64,000 nt of DNA from the NCBI GenBank assembly GCA_964016885.1, contig OZ024740.1:300452001-300516000 (forward strand), in the 5' to 3' direction. Of the stretch, positions 62,761-64,000 are shown in pieces (the first letter of the stretch is position 1; each line of letters opens with the position of its first letter). Below the pieces are notes generated by a model that saw only the letters and a program-made list of their open reading frames with translations, was not told the DNA's origin and made no database searches. The stretch is from Eledone cirrhosa (lineage: Eukaryota). The position numbers and the translations under genes are program-made.

Positions 62761-63690
62761 CTGTGTGTGTTTGTGTGTGTGTGTGTGTGCGTGCCTGTGT
62801 GTGTGTGTGTGTGTGTGTGCGTGCGTGTGAGTGTGTGTGCGTGCCTGTGTGTGTGTGTGTGTGTGTGTGCGTGTGTGTGTGTGTGTGATTGAGTGTGTAG
62901 AGAGAGAAAGTGGGGGACATACACGTGGAGAAAATTTCGAGATAGGAAGCAAAAATACGATGGTATAGTTGTTTTTCGTATCACTAGATAACTGATATAT
63001 ACACGGATATTGAAATGCTAAGGTAAATAAAAGGATTTGTATTTTCCTTTTACAAATCTTTTCATCTTTTTCGTTAAATATTGATTACTTGTCATGTTAT
63101 TCAGACATATCTTTTAACTCATTAAATATTAGTTGCTACATTTCATTAAACGGAGGAGAGATTACTAAAACGTGTTGTAACTTAACTTGCATACATTTTA
63201 GACAGTATATACGTTAGTCCTGGAAATACAACCCTCAAGAAAAACAGCCAACGCAGCGGAGAGTTTCACGATGTGTGTTAAATATTCTTCAACACTTTCT
63301 ATCTGACTTATGATTTGTGTCACTTATATGGCACGTGCTGTAATAAATTCAGGTAATATGTTTTATTTCCTGACTCGTCGAAACAACGGTCTGTAGTTCT
63401 CCACCTTCAAAACAGGATATAGGGAATGCGATGCATATATCCTTTCATAGACATCACCCTTATAAACTATCCCATCAATTGTACGATTTTCCTAATATTA
63501 TACGGTACATTACACACAGTGTTATTAAGGATAGAAACCTAACGATAGAAAATACATGAATTATTTCTCTTGTCAATCTCCTTTAATTATTATTAGCTGA
63601 CTATTTACAAGATTCCTATATTTTCGGATTTTATTAATCAGCTATGTATAAACATTGCGTTTCTGATGATATATCTGAAGAGAGGCCTCA

Positions 63691-63860
63691 TCTATATATA
63701 TAAACAGAGTATGTCTGTGAGTCTGTTTCCCTAAAACTCGAGAAGTACCCAACCGGTTTTTTTCAAACTTTATACATGTAACTCGTATGACACCAGAAGT
63801 GTTTTGAGCAAAACAAATTTCAAATGTTCAATGCCTTAGGGACCGCATTAGGCGATTTAG
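63691..63860 (+). mobile_element. Possible non-autonomous Helitron/Helentron-like 5' fragment
   Basis: TCTATATATATAAA start, GTCTGT microrepeat and AACTCGAGAA...CAACCG..TTTT.CAAACTT, as in DINE/HINE-type elements (recall only). Confidence 0.4.
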
Positions 63861-63928
63861 CGATCTCTTTCTCTTTCTCTTAGTATTTCTCTTTTTAGAT
63901 AGATACATAGATATGACGTCGCGCCTTC

Positions 63929-64000
63929 ATAATTGTTTCTACTTTAGGCACAAGGCCAGCAAATACCCAGTACATTACTGGTACTTTATTTTATCGACCC
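63929..64000 (-). mobile_element. SINE 3' part, same family as 14020-14210
   Basis: AATTGTTTCTACTTTAGGCACAAGGCCAGCAA...CCCAGT...GGTACTTTATTTTATCGACCC matches 14020-14091. Confidence 0.75.

Overview
AT-rich, microsatellite-dense, non-coding eukaryotic DNA with no recognisable host gene. The SINE families and repeat landscape suggest an invertebrate, probably an octopus or other coleoid cephalopod (inference). Nearly all interpretable sequence is retroelement-derived. Two Tx1-type (L1 group) LINEs have both ends in (AAT)n, and one has a duplicated chimeric ORF1. Three Dong/R4-type RLE LINE segments end in (TAA)n. There are also a CRE-like 3' fragment, several Penelope-like elements (PLEs) with inverted pseudo-LTRs next to (TA)n, tRNA-derived SINEs and four degenerate 5S rRNA copies. 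Main hunt result: a series of hand-folded minimal type I hammerhead ribozymes, several with a covarying U3-A8 core (UUGAnAA instead of CUGAnGA). One sits in a non-coding 592-bp tandem unit (49201-50447, third copy near 21 kb) that looks like a retrozyme, i.e. a self-cleaving, circRNA-forming non-autonomous PLE partner. The window also has about 15 inverted-repeat pairs, including a nested ~4-kb palindrome centred on a PLE fragment. All folds and alignments were done by eye; boundaries are approximate unless stated.
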